Source: Armatimonadota bacterium (lineage in GTDB: Bacteria > Armatimonadota > UBA5829 > DSUL01). From it: a stretch of 64,000 bases of DNA. Below the pieces are notes generated by a model that did not search any database, had not been told where the DNA came from, and saw only the letters and a list, made by a program, of their open reading frames with translations. The position numbers and the translations under genes were made by a program. Each line of letters begins with the position of its first letter. Position 1 is the first letter of the stretch. Shown in pieces: positions 39,444 through 49,087 of the stretch. The stretch is taken from positions 192,001 through 256,000 of the forward strand of contig JBDHZC010000001.1 in assembly GCA_039811685.1 (NCBI GenBank), given 5' to 3'.

Positions 39444-39977
39444 TTAACGCCCGTCGATCAAGCCCTTCTGGCTAAGGTAATCCAATATCTTCTGTGTGGA
39501 CTCTTCAGCGCTCTCCTGATCGGTCCGGACGCGCACCTCTGGAGCTTCCGGGGCTTCGTAAGGATCCGATACACCTGTGAAGTTTTGAATCTCGCCTGCA
39601 AGAGCCTTCTTGTAAAGTCCTTTTACGTCACGCTCGATCAGGGTTTCCAGTGGACACTCTGTATAGACTTCTACAAATCTGTCTGTATTACGGCGGACTT
39701 CATTGCGAATGTCGGAGTAGGGGGAGATCGCCGCCGCAATAGCTATCACGCCGTTGCGGGCGAGCAGATCCGCAACGAATCCAATCCGGCGGATATTTGT
39801 GTCCCGATCTTCTTTGGAGAATCCCAGCCCTTTTGAAAGGTGAGTTCGGACGACGTCGCCGTCAAGCAGCTCGCTTCTGTATCCGCGTCTTCTGAACTCC
39901 GCAAGCAGTCCTTCACTTAGCGTTGACTTCCCGGACCCGGACAGTCCCGTGAACCAGAGTATGAATCCCTCGTGCAT
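39444..39977 (-). CDS. cysC: Adenylyl-sulfate kinase
   Basis: [47 protein letters not shown]. Confidence 0.96.
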   Translation of the reverse strand: MHEGFILWFTGLSGSGKSTLSEGLLAEFRRRGYRSELLDGDVVRTHLSKGLGFSKEDRDTNIRRIGFVADLLARNGVIAIAAAISPYSDIRNEVRRNTDRFVEVYTECPLETLIERDVKGLYKKALAGEIQNFTGVSDPYEAPEAPEVRVRTDQESAEESTQKILDYLSQKGLIDGR

Positions 39978-40172
39978 TGCGCGTGCAACTCCTGAACATG
40001 TTGGTATATTGACGATGGAGCTATTCTATCGGGACTCTGCTGGTGCATCAAGTGTCCTTCGTTGAAACTTCCAGCTCCGTTGACAGACAGAGTCCCTGCG
40101 AACACAATACCGTCAGCTTCACAGAGACGCGTTGCGGCAAGGTGGAGCACGTTTTGAGGAGATACTTTCGCT

Positions 40173-41294
40173 ATGCGTGACCCAAGATTCCGTAAGCTTG
40201 CCGATCTACTGGTTGACTATTCCACCCGCGTCACCAAGGGCGAGAAAGTTCTCATTGAGGCCTCATCCATACCCTCCGAGATGGTAGGAACATTGATAGA
40301 GAAAGTGAGCGAAAACGGCGGCCTGCCATTTGTTGAGATCAAAGATCAGCGCGTGCAACGCAGTCTCTATCTCAGCGCAACTGAAGAACAGATGAAGTTG
40401 CTCGGAGGCTTTGAAATGGTGCGCATGAAGGCGATGGACGTCTACATTGGCGTTCGCGGTCTTGACAATTCCACGGAAACTGCGGACGTCCCGCAGGACC
40501 GTATGCGAATCTATCTGGACCACGTCGCCCATCCAGTTCATTTTGAAGAGCGGGTCAATAATACGAAATGGTGCGTCCTGCGCTGGCCGACTCCTTCGAT
40601 GGCGCAAGCAGCCGGTATGTCCACCGAAGCGTTTGAAGACTTCTATTTCGAGGTCTGTACGATGGATTATGCAAAGATGGCCCAGGCTCAAAAGCCGCTC
40701 AAAACTCGCCTGGAGAATTGCCGGGAAGTGCGCATAAGCGGTCCGGGAGACACCGATATCAGCTTTCGAATTGATGACATCCCGGTTATTCCCTGCGTGG
40801 GTGAATACAACATTCCAGACGGAGAGACATTCACGGCGCCGGTCAAAGACAGCGTAAACGGCGTGATTCACTTCAATACGCCGACGATCTACCAGGGGCA
40901 GCCTTTCGATGATATTCAGTTGGTCTTCAAAGACGGGAAGTGTGTTGAGGCCACGGGATCAGACACGGAGGGAGTAAACCGCATTCTGGATACGGACGAG
41001 GGCGCTCGCTATGTCGGGGAGTTTTCGATCGCCTACAATCCCCACATTCGAAAAGCCATGCGGGACATCCTGTTTGACGAGAAGATCGCAGGCTCTATTC
41101 ATTTCACCCCCGGGCAAGCTTACGAAATGGCGGACAATGGGAATCGCTCTAACGTACACTGGGATATGGTACTCATACAGCGCTCTGACACGGGTGGGGG
41201 TGAGTTGTACTTCGACGGTGAACTCGTGCGCAAAGACGGTCTGTTTATAACAGACGATTTACAGGCGCTCAATCCTGAGCAGTTGCTCTCCTAG
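40173..41294 (+). CDS. Aminopeptidase, M29 family (aminopeptidase II-like)
   Basis: NIPDGETFTAP, GARYVGEF, ILFDEKIAGS.H, N.S.VHWDMV. Confidence 0.9.
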   Translation: MRDPRFRKLADLLVDYSTRVTKGEKVLIEASSIPSEMVGTLIEKVSENGGLPFVEIKDQRVQRSLYLSATEEQMKLLGGFEMVRMKAMDVYIGVRGLDNSTETADVPQDRMRIYLDHVAHPVHFEERVNNTKWCVLRWPTPSMAQAAGMSTEAFEDFYFEVCTMDYAKMAQAQKPLKTRLENCREVRISGPGDTDISFRIDDIPVIPCVGEYNIPDGETFTAPVKDSVNGVIHFNTPTIYQGQPFDDIQLVFKDGKCVEATGSDTEGVNRILDTDEGARYVGEFSIAYNPHIRKAMRDILFDEKIAGSIHFTPGQAYEMADNGNRSNVHWDMVLIQRSDTGGGELYFDGELVRKDGLFITDDLQALNPEQLLS

Positions 41295-41378
41295 ACGATC
41301 GCAGCGCACAGGCGGATGCCTGCTCCACTTGTGATTATCGCACGCGTTTAATGACCTGGAATTGCCTGGCGCTACGAG

Positions 41379-41852
41379 CTAATCGTCGTTGGCATCGGGT
41401 CGTTCGAGCACAATTGCGAACTGATTGCCGTAGTCTTTCGGGTCTAATACGTGGATAATGTTAGGTAGCCTTCCCAACAGTAAGAACCCAATGAGAGTTC
41501 CAATCGAACCGAACAAGACTGCTAGCTCGAAAGCGATTACGCAGTAGGCCAGAAAAGAAATCGGCGGTTTTCCGCCAACCACAAGTCCCGCCGCTTGCCC
41601 CACAACTTCGATAATCGGGAATCGCTGAGATGTAAAAACCGTCAGCCAGAAAGCGGTCAGAATGCCAGCGATGGCTCCCACCATGCTGTAGACTCTGACC
41701 AGCGTTGCTGGCTCACGCAATACGTCGTCAATCCCATGCACGGGAAGCGGCGTGTAAGTGGTGATTCGGTCCCCCGGTTGGCGCGCGTTAACGACCTCCT
41801 CCAGCTTTTCCATAAACGAGTGTTCGTCGCTCAGAAGATATTCCTGTGTCAA
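41379..41852 (-). CDS. actD: Alternative complex III subunit ActD (DUF3341)
   Basis: TYTPLPVHGID, VGGKP, FELAVLF; directly follows the NrfD-family gene. Confidence 0.85.
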   Translation of the reverse strand: MTQEYLLSDEHSFMEKLEEVVNARQPGDRITTYTPLPVHGIDDVLREPATLVRVYSMVGAIAGILTAFWLTVFTSQRFPIIEVVGQAAGLVVGGKPPISFLAYCVIAFELAVLFGSIGTLIGFLLLGRLPNIIHVLDPKDYGNQFAIVLERPDANDD

Positions 41853-43174
41853 TGCGTCTCCTCCTTGACTTCCCAGATTGGCAGCACTGGCAGAGTTTTT
41901 GCGAAGAGTAGAAAGAGCATGAAGAACATCCCAAATGCGCCGATAGTGATGAATACGTCAGTGTAAGTCAGATGGTATCGGCCCCACGCGTAGGGTTCAA
42001 ACTCATGTGAAAGCGACTGAACAATAATGTTGAAGCGCTCGAGGAACATGCCAATGTTGACAAAAATTGACAGGAAAAACATCCACGTCAGATTCCGCCG
42101 CGCCTTGCGCCAGAAAATACTCAGTGGGATAACGCAGTTGCAGATGATCATAATCCAGTAGAGAGTCGCGTAGTAGCCGCCCATTCGATACATAAACTGC
42201 GCCCGCTCAAAGATATTCCCACTGTAGAATGCCATCCCGAGCTCGATAATGTAGGAATACGCGACTATCATCGATGTCAGGAGCAACATCTGCGCAAGAC
42301 TCTCGATGTGCTCAATCGTAATGAGAGACTCCAGTTTGAACCATTTGCGCATCGGAATCATAATCGTCAGCACCATAGCGCAACCAGAGAAAATCGCACC
42401 CGCGACAAAGTAGGGCGGAAAGATTGTCGTGTGCCACCCCGGAACGATGCCCATTGCAAAGTCCCAGGAGACTACGCTGTGAACCGAGACGACCAACGGT
42501 GTCGCGAAGCACGCGAGGAGCCCGTAGAGTTTGTTGTAATGCCTCCACTGCGTTGAAGAGCCACTCCAGCCGAGGGACAGCACGCGGTAGACCCATCGGG
42601 CAATCCCGGTCGTACGTCTGCGTGCGATCGCCAGATCCGGGACCAGTCCCATATACCAGAAGATCACGCTCACCGTGAAATAAGTACTGACTGCGAACAC
42701 GTCCCACACAAGAGGAGACCTGAAGTTTGGCCAGATCTGTCTCTGGTTAGGATAGGGCATCAGATAGTAGAAGAACCACACGCGCCCCAGGTGGATTAGG
42801 GGAAAGAGCCCTGCCACCATGACAGCGAACAGCGTCATCGCCTCGGCCGCCCGGTTAAACCGGCTTCTGAAGCGAGCGCGGAACAGATAAAGCACGGCTG
42901 AAATAAGCGTGCCAGAGTGGGCAATTCCAACCCAGAAGACGAAGTTCGTGATATACAGCGCCCATCCGACCGGATTGTTCTTTCCGGACAGGTGCATGCC
43001 GCTGAAGATCATATGAACCCATGTCACCAGCAGACCGGTAAACGCGAGTAGCGCGAGTACCAAGCCAAAGAAGTACCACTTCGTCGGCTTCAGCATAGGA
43101 GCCAGAACGGCTCGCTCAATCTCTTCGTGTCTCTCCAGGATTGAGCCGTGCCCATGTTGCTCAAGCGTTGCCAA
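41849..43174 (-). CDS. actC: Alternative complex III subunit ActC (NrfD/PsrC family)
   Basis: NFVFWVGIAHSGTLISA, AEAMT, HLGR, PNFRSPLVWDVFAVSTY, SVHSVVSWDFA, WHTTIFPPYFVAGAIFSG. Confidence 0.93.
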   Translation of the reverse strand: MATLEQHGHGSILERHEEIERAVLAPMLKPTKWYFFGLVLALLAFTGLLVTWVHMIFSGMHLSGKNNPVGWALYITNFVFWVGIAHSGTLISAVLYLFRARFRSRFNRAAEAMTLFAVMVAGLFPLIHLGRVWFFYYLMPYPNQRQIWPNFRSPLVWDVFAVSTYFTVSVIFWYMGLVPDLAIARRRTTGIARWVYRVLSLGWSGSSTQWRHYNKLYGLLACFATPLVVSVHSVVSWDFAMGIVPGWHTTIFPPYFVAGAIFSGCAMVLTIMIPMRKWFKLESLITIEHIESLAQMLLLTSMIVAYSYIIELGMAFYSGNIFERAQFMYRMGGYYATLYWIMIICNCVIPLSIFWRKARRNLTWMFFLSIFVNIGMFLERFNIIVQSLSHEFEPYAWGRYHLTYTDVFITIGAFGMFFMLFLLFAKTLPVLPIWEVKEETH

Positions 43175-46115
43175 TGCTTACCTCATCCTCCTTGGTTACG
43201 TCAGCAAGATACGTGACCGCAGGCTCGGTGCCAAGCGATTCGAAAACTCGATACGCGCGATCTGTCTTGCGCGCCTGCATCATTTTTGAGTTCTCATCCA
43301 GCATATTTCCAAACTGGATGGCGTCGCTGGGACAGGTCTGAACGCAGGCTGGCTGAATTTCGCCGTCTCTGACCAGGCGATTCTCGTCCTTGGCGTGGTC
43401 CTTCCCAGCTCGGATTCGCTGCACGCAGAATGTACACTTCTCCATTACACCCCGGCCCCTCACCGAGACCTCCGGGTTGATCATCTGATCCAGTGGTGAC
43501 TCCCACTCATAGTTGATCCAGTTGAAGCGGCGCACCTTGTAAGGACAGTTATTCGCGCAGTAACGGGTGCCAACGCACCGGTTGTATATCTGCCCGTTCA
43601 GACCGTCCGGATTGTGATAGGCGGCGTAGACAGGGCACACTGGCTCACAGGGAGCGCTGTCACACTGCTGACACAGCATGGGAATGAAATCCCCGCGCGC
43701 CTCTCCATCAAAATACGGCTCAATTCTGATCCACGACATTTCGCGCCCGTTAAGATGCGCATCTTTGCCCACCAGCGGGATATTGTTTTCCACATAGCAC
43801 GCTGCGACGCAAGCAGAGCAGCCAGTGCATTTGTCGAGGTCAATCGTCATACCCCATCTGTAGGGCTGGTGAACATGTTCTGGATAAAGTGTGAGACGCT
43901 CCTCGTGCTCTCCCGGAAGCTCAGGTTCGGAGGCGACAATGCCGTCCATCCTTTGGCTCTTATGGTGTGCTGCAGCCTCTTCGCCCGGGGTTTCAACTGC
44001 GTTCGGGATAATTCCTCGGCCTTCCTGAGAGGGGGATCCGGACATGACTGCAACGGGAATGATTCCCGCACCGCGCCACTTCAGGTTTGGCGAAAAGCTG
44101 ATCGGCTCTCCTGTCCGGCGGTCGATACCCAGGTCAGGAGCCACCAGGAACGGCCGCTCAACCATGTACACGCTATCAGGTAGACGTGGCTGCAGCTTCA
44201 GTGCCAATGGTTGCAGCCGTGTTTCGCCAAGTGTTATCTCAATCTGGTCGAGCCCCCGGACAAACTCTCCCGTGACATCCTGCCAACCACGCACCGAAAT
44301 CCACTCACCATAGCTAATTGTGGAAACTGGCTCTGGAATCTCTTCCAGGAGTGTCGCGCCCTGTGCATTGAGTGGAAGTAAACGGCTTCGTCCGTCGTAG
44401 AAGCGTAACGACGGCGTCACGACAAGCACGTCTCCCTCCAGTTGGGCCGACAGACCGTCTGCAAAGCTCACTTGCAAAGGTGCGGGGTGGGGCGGCGTGG
44501 CGGACGCGGCCACACTTGCTGCAGCGCCTGCGGCAACTGGTGATGCGCCCGCGCCCGTTGCCGGTCCAGCGGCTGGTTTCGCCGCGGCGGCTGCAGTAGC
44601 GACAAAGCCTGCCTTCATAATGTCGGGGGTGAGCGGCGTGCCCAAACGTGCCCATTCAGACTCGATAAAGGCGCGGAAGTTCTTGGGGCGCGGCTTCCCA
44701 GCCGTTTGCAGAAGATCGAGAAGAATATCGCCTTCGCTCTTGGTGTTGAAGAGTTGTTCGCGGGTTGGCTGTATGATTGTCCGCAGCCCTTTGCGCGGCT
44801 CAGCGTCTCCCCAGGATTCAAGAAAGTGTGACAGTGGCAGAATGATGTCGCACTCGTCAAGAGTCTTGTTCGAAATCTCGCTCAGCCCGACTCTCAGAGT
44901 AGCCTTTTTGAACCCTTCCGCAAAGCCTAGCGGCTTGGGAAGTGTTAGCGCCGGGTCAGTCTTGGAAACGAAGATAACGCCGATCTCTCCCGCGTTGAGC
45001 TTCTTCGTCCACACTTCGGCGTCCAGCAAGCTCCCGACGTTATCATAGTTGTAAGCGGAATTGAAATCCATCACTTCCGCTGCCGAGCCAAGCTGCTTCT
45101 GAAGTTGAGCGGCAAGGACGGCCACTTCCAGTCCCTTTTCGTGCTGGACGCTGACTCCGCCAGCGATGACTAGCGGCCGCCTGGCCTCCCGCATTCTCTG
45201 GACCAGCTTCGTCAGACTCTCTTCGCTCAAGCCGACCTGCTCAACCACGGATGACGCTTCGATAGGACCCTGTCCGGACACCGAGCCGCCGAACTGCTGC
45301 AACAAATATCCCAGCAGCACGGCCTCCGTCCCCGGTTTGCAGGCAAGGCGAGTATCAGCGCTCATGGCCTCGATAGAGATATGAGGCTCTACATGCGTCC
45401 ACCAGAAGCTACCAGTGTCTTTGCCCTTGGATATCTTCTTCGCATGCTCAACAGGACTGACGAACGTCTCAAGCAGATCGGCCCCCACCGTCAGAAGGAA
45501 GTCTGCGCGGTCAATCTTGTAAGTGGGGATTGCCTTGTGGCCGAAAACAGTCTGGTTCGCCTGTCGGACTGCAGAGTGGCTGAATACCTCTAGCTCCGGA
45601 AGCCGGCTAACACCCAGAGCCGCACAGAACCGGTCTATGAATGTGGACAGTGAGCCGGTCGTCCGGCTCGAGAGGTAGACGCTGGAGCGCCCACCGGATT
45701 TGTCTGTCTGCAGAGCGGACCACACACTTCGGTAAGCCTCTTCCCAAGTTATCGCATCGAAGTCGCCGTTTCGCGTCCGCCGCATAGGGCTCTTGTAGCG
45801 CTTTGGATGGTAGAGGCGTGTGATGGTAGCCTGCCCGCGAACACAAAGGCCGCCGTCGTTGATCGGATGACCTATGATCCCTTCGAGCTTGATAGTACGC
45901 CCATCCACGTTCTTAGCGGAGACTCCGCAGTTAGCCGGACACTCCATACAGGTTGTGGACAGATAGATGGGCTCGCCAGGAATTATCCCTTCTGGGGCAG
46001 GGTACAACGCCTGCTCGAACTTATCGTCGCCTACGGGCGTACAACCTGGCAACAGACTGGCTCCCGCCGCAGTCAATCCGGCCGTCTTGATAAAGTCTCG
46101 TCTATTCACAAACAA
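43161..46115 (-). CDS. actB: Alternative complex III subunit ActB (molybdopterin-oxidoreductase-like plus 4Fe-4S ferredoxin domains)
   Basis: Tat motif NRRDFIK. C-terminal CTGCSACVAAC, CQQC..APCEPVCP, RCVGTRYCANNCP, EKCTFC..PAC..CP. Confidence 0.9.
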   Translation of the reverse strand: MFVNRRDFIKTAGLTAAGASLLPGCTPVGDDKFEQALYPAPEGIIPGEPIYLSTTCMECPANCGVSAKNVDGRTIKLEGIIGHPINDGGLCVRGQATITRLYHPKRYKSPMRRTRNGDFDAITWEEAYRSVWSALQTDKSGGRSSVYLSSRTTGSLSTFIDRFCAALGVSRLPELEVFSHSAVRQANQTVFGHKAIPTYKIDRADFLLTVGADLLETFVSPVEHAKKISKGKDTGSFWWTHVEPHISIEAMSADTRLACKPGTEAVLLGYLLQQFGGSVSGQGPIEASSVVEQVGLSEESLTKLVQRMREARRPLVIAGGVSVQHEKGLEVAVLAAQLQKQLGSAAEVMDFNSAYNYDNVGSLLDAEVWTKKLNAGEIGVIFVSKTDPALTLPKPLGFAEGFKKATLRVGLSEISNKTLDECDIILPLSHFLESWGDAEPRKGLRTIIQPTREQLFNTKSEGDILLDLLQTAGKPRPKNFRAFIESEWARLGTPLTPDIMKAGFVATAAAAAKPAAGPATGAGASPVAAGAAASVAASATPPHPAPLQVSFADGLSAQLEGDVLVVTPSLRFYDGRSRLLPLNAQGATLLEEIPEPVSTISYGEWISVRGWQDVTGEFVRGLDQIEITLGETRLQPLALKLQPRLPDSVYMVERPFLVAPDLGIDRRTGEPISFSPNLKWRGAGIIPVAVMSGSPSQEGRGIIPNAVETPGEEAAAHHKSQRMDGIVASEPELPGEHEERLTLYPEHVHQPYRWGMTIDLDKCTGCSACVAACYVENNIPLVGKDAHLNGREMSWIRIEPYFDGEARGDFIPMLCQQCDSAPCEPVCPVYAAYHNPDGLNGQIYNRCVGTRYCANNCPYKVRRFNWINYEWESPLDQMINPEVSVRGRGVMEKCTFCVQRIRAGKDHAKDENRLVRDGEIQPACVQTCPSDAIQFGNMLDENSKMMQARKTDRAYRVFESLGTEPAVTYLADVTKEDEVSIGNA

Positions 46116-46140
46116 ACTCCTCGATTGGACATCTTGATCC

Positions 46141-46674
46141 TCACTTGTGGCATGTGTAGCAGTCTAGTGACGCATTATTCTGTCGATGACAGCCCACACA
46201 AAAGCCCATCGAAAGAGAGCGGCTCTTACGCATTGGGTACGGCATGTTCTGCACCTGACCGTGGCAGCTCTGACATGGAACTCCATTGGGATAGTTCTTG
46301 GTCTTTGCTGTGACATGCCGCTTGTGAGAAAAATAGACGAAATCTGGTATGCGGTGCAGCCGGTTCCACTGCACAGGTTTCTTGGTCTTCCAATACTCAG
46401 TGAGTGTCTTGATACCTGGCAGGTTAGTGCCGACACTCTGGTGGCAGGACATACAGAAAGATAGCGGGGGCAACCCGGCATACTTGCCCTTGTTGGCCGA
46501 TTGGTGGCAGTCCAGGCACTGCAAGCCAGCCTGAAGGTGTTTGACGTGCGGATATGGAACGGGTTGCGGCGGTGTTGAATGAAACGCGTTAAAATAACTG
46601 CTCAATCCAAGCGTTATCAGAAAAAACACCCCGAAATAGGCATAAAACAATAATGTTCCAAACCGCTTAAACAT
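46141..46674 (-). CDS. actA: Membrane-anchored pentaheme cytochrome c3, ActA-like
   Basis: N-terminal TM helix and five CxxCH motifs (CLDCH, CMSCH, CQSCH, CVGCH, CYTCH); PDFVYFSH..H. Confidence 0.9.
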   Translation of the reverse strand: MFKRFGTLLFYAYFGVFFLITLGLSSYFNAFHSTPPQPVPYPHVKHLQAGLQCLDCHQSANKGKYAGLPPLSFCMSCHQSVGTNLPGIKTLTEYWKTKKPVQWNRLHRIPDFVYFSHKRHVTAKTKNYPNGVPCQSCHGQVQNMPYPMRKSRSLSMGFCVGCHRQNNASLDCYTCHK

Positions 46675-46751
46675 TATCCATCTCTACCTGTCTTCTGAAC
46701 TCAGTCATAAGATGACCACCTCTCCAATATCGAATCACCACGATGATCCTT

Positions 46752-48149
46752 CTACTTCAGAGTCTTTATATAGTCGATCAGCGCCGTGATTTCCGCGTCT
46801 GACAGCTGTTGCGCTGGCATCACATTCGGAAACCCCTGAACAACCTGTGCACCGGGCTGGAGTATTGATTCTTTGATATAGGCGTCGTCGGCTGTAACGG
46901 TTTCTGGTTTCCCGTTGGCGAGAACAGTGACCGTGTGTCCGTAGAGTCCCTTCCAGGATGGTCCAATCCGGCGACTTCCATCTACGCTATGACACGCCGA
47001 GCAGCCTTTGTCCGTGTAGAGCTGCTGCCCAGCCTGCGCTCCGCCTGGCTTCTCTTGACCAGCGCCACCAGTCGCGGAAGCGTTGGCTGTCTGTAGAGTT
47101 TGCAGTTTGGTTTGCGCTGCGGCATTCAAAACGTTGTTGTAGTCAAGGAGTGCCTGGTCGCGTGCCATCGCTTCGCCCACGTTGTAAACGACCAGGAATA
47201 CCAGCAGGCCTAGAAGCGGCCATACGGATCCCTTGCGCTGAGGATTAGTGATGGTCTTGAACAGCCAGATTGATACAACTAGCAAGATCAGCAGGCCAAT
47301 GAGAAACAGATTATAAAGCTGGACGGACATGTTGATGTACTGAAGTGTTATCAGATTCCAGTACATCATCACTGGCAGCGCCATTACGTTAGCCAGCGCC
47401 AGACCCGCTCCGAAGTTGCGCACAAGGCTGACATAACCGGCATCGTCTTCTATCTTCCAGTCCGAGCGGTAAAAATCCCACAGTATGGCTGCGCCGGTTA
47501 TGGCCATCGCAGACACCTGAAAGGTCAGGAATCTGGATATTTGGGAGAACGAATACATGATCCAGGCGCGCATGTCGTAAGTAGACTGCCAGTACTGACT
47601 CAGGTATGGCCAGCGTTCCGGGTCCAGCGCCAGTGCCATCCCGCTGATGATGAACAGATACGCAAGTAAAGCCAGCCCGTTCCCCGCCAGTCCAGAGAGA
47701 AAATGCGTCAGGAAGTGCGTCCTGCGTACCTTGAAGCTCCACTTATAGAAGTAGAGAAGTAGAAGCCCTGGAACGAGCAACACCAACCCTACAGACATCA
47801 TCTTTGTCGTCAGTTGATGCGGCAGAGGAGGCCACTGCGGTCCTGGGTCCGCAGGGAAAAGTATCTGCTGATAGAGCGCAATAGCCGTGAGAACCGGCAC
47901 AAGCCCAAGGAGTACGCTGGCCCAGAAGCTGCGCAAAGGGAGCTCGGCGAGGTAGCGCGCGAACTTGCGCCAGCGCCGATCAGGACTCGTGAACTCGTAG
48001 AAATCAAATACCAGAGCCAGCAGCGAACTTCCGAGCACCAGTCCCATATATGCCAGGTGAACAACCGATACGAAAATCAGAAGGTAGCCGCCCACAAGCA
48101 GGTGAATGGGCAACGGTTGGGACACCATGCGGCCGAAAAAGTCAATCAC
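46752..48149 (-). CDS. Polytopic membrane protein with C-terminal monoheme cytochrome c
   Basis: ~9-10 hydrophobic helices, then CSACH...GPSWKGL...NVMP. Confidence 0.8.
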   Translation of the reverse strand: MIDFFGRMVSQPLPIHLLVGGYLLIFVSVVHLAYMGLVLGSSLLALVFDFYEFTSPDRRWRKFARYLAELPLRSFWASVLLGLVPVLTAIALYQQILFPADPGPQWPPLPHQLTTKMMSVGLVLLVPGLLLLYFYKWSFKVRRTHFLTHFLSGLAGNGLALLAYLFIISGMALALDPERWPYLSQYWQSTYDMRAWIMYSFSQISRFLTFQVSAMAITGAAILWDFYRSDWKIEDDAGYVSLVRNFGAGLALANVMALPVMMYWNLITLQYINMSVQLYNLFLIGLLILLVVSIWLFKTITNPQRKGSVWPLLGLLVFLVVYNVGEAMARDQALLDYNNVLNAAAQTKLQTLQTANASATGGAGQEKPGGAQAGQQLYTDKGCSACHSVDGSRRIGPSWKGLYGHTVTVLANGKPETVTADDAYIKESILQPGAQVVQGFPNVMPAQQLSDAEITALIDYIKTLK

Positions 48150-48205
48150 TGGCGTACCTCGCGGTCGAATCTCTCACTATTCCCCTGAAACAAGATAAAC
48201 ATCCC

Positions 48206-49078
48206 CTAGTTCATCCTCACAATCTGATCCGCAGTCATCAGTAATATGACAAGCACTGCAAAAGCGTTAATTGACATAAACGTAGATCTGAAGGTCGAAG
48301 CGTCAGCGCTGTTTCTGAGCAGCTGCATCGACCGCCATATCAGCCACAACGCTGAGAAAAGCAACCCCAGTGACGTGACAAAAAAACTGGTCGCTCCGTA
48401 CATCGGCAACAGCAGGCAGCTGACAGCGGTTGCACTAATCCACACAAAGGTTACGCGTCTCATCTGAGCATCAGAAAACACCTGAGTCAGGCTGCGCAGT
48501 TGCGCCTGTTCGTATTGGCTGCCGAGCCGGTGCAGGAGAAGCCAGAAGTGCGGAATCTGCCAGATAAAGAAAAAGAAGGCTATGGCGAAGATTGCCGGTT
48601 CGCTGAGGAGCCTGTCAGCGCTTGACCATCCTATCATTGGAGGCAGCGCCCCGACCACTGATCCGGGAACCACTGCAAACGCTGTCCAACGCTTCAGATA
48701 CGTGTAGACTCCGTTGTACCAAAAAACGGTAAGCAGCCCGAGACCGCAGGGCAGAAGGCCACAGAAGATCAACAGCACATCGGCTCCCAGCATGATCAGG
48801 GCTGAGGCAATCAGGAGAGCTGTGCGCGGACTGATTTGCCCTGCTGGAATCGGCCTTCCCGCAGTCCGTGGCATCAACGCGTCAATATCGCGCTCCTGGT
48901 ACTCGTTCAGCGCCAGTGCTCCCATAGCCAGCAGCAGAGTCCCGAGGGTGGGGGCCCAGATGGCGATTGTCAAATCAGAGGTCCCAGCAATATAGCCAGA
49001 GCTTGCGGAAATGGTGGAGAGGATGGCTATGCGAAACTTGGTGAGCTTCAGGAGCAGTTGTAGATAGCGTCGAATCAA
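48206..49078 (-). CDS. ctaB: Protoheme IX farnesyltransferase (heme O synthase)
   Basis: LTK.RI, N...ERDIDALMPRT..RPIP.G, YT.LKR, GALPP..GW, WQIPHF. Confidence 0.93.
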   Translation of the reverse strand: MIRRYLQLLLKLTKFRIAILSTISASSGYIAGTSDLTIAIWAPTLGTLLLAMGALALNEYQERDIDALMPRTAGRPIPAGQISPRTALLIASALIMLGADVLLIFCGLLPCGLGLLTVFWYNGVYTYLKRWTAFAVVPGSVVGALPPMIGWSSADRLLSEPAIFAIAFFFFIWQIPHFWLLLHRLGSQYEQAQLRSLTQVFSDAQMRRVTFVWISATAVSCLLLPMYGATSFFVTSLGLLFSALWLIWRSMQLLRNSADASTFRSTFMSINAFAVLVILLMTADQIVRMN

Positions 49079-49087
49079 ACCATCCGC

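Noticed and set aside
44460..44610. Ala/Pro-rich low-complexity stretch in actB
   Set aside because: In-frame flexible linker, not a DNA repeat or inserted element.
43161..46115. Catalytic molybdoenzyme (e.g. polysulfide or formate oxidoreductase)
   Set aside because: Fusion to the ferredoxin domain and the ActA/C/D/F context indicate ActB; Mo binding cannot be supported from the sequence.
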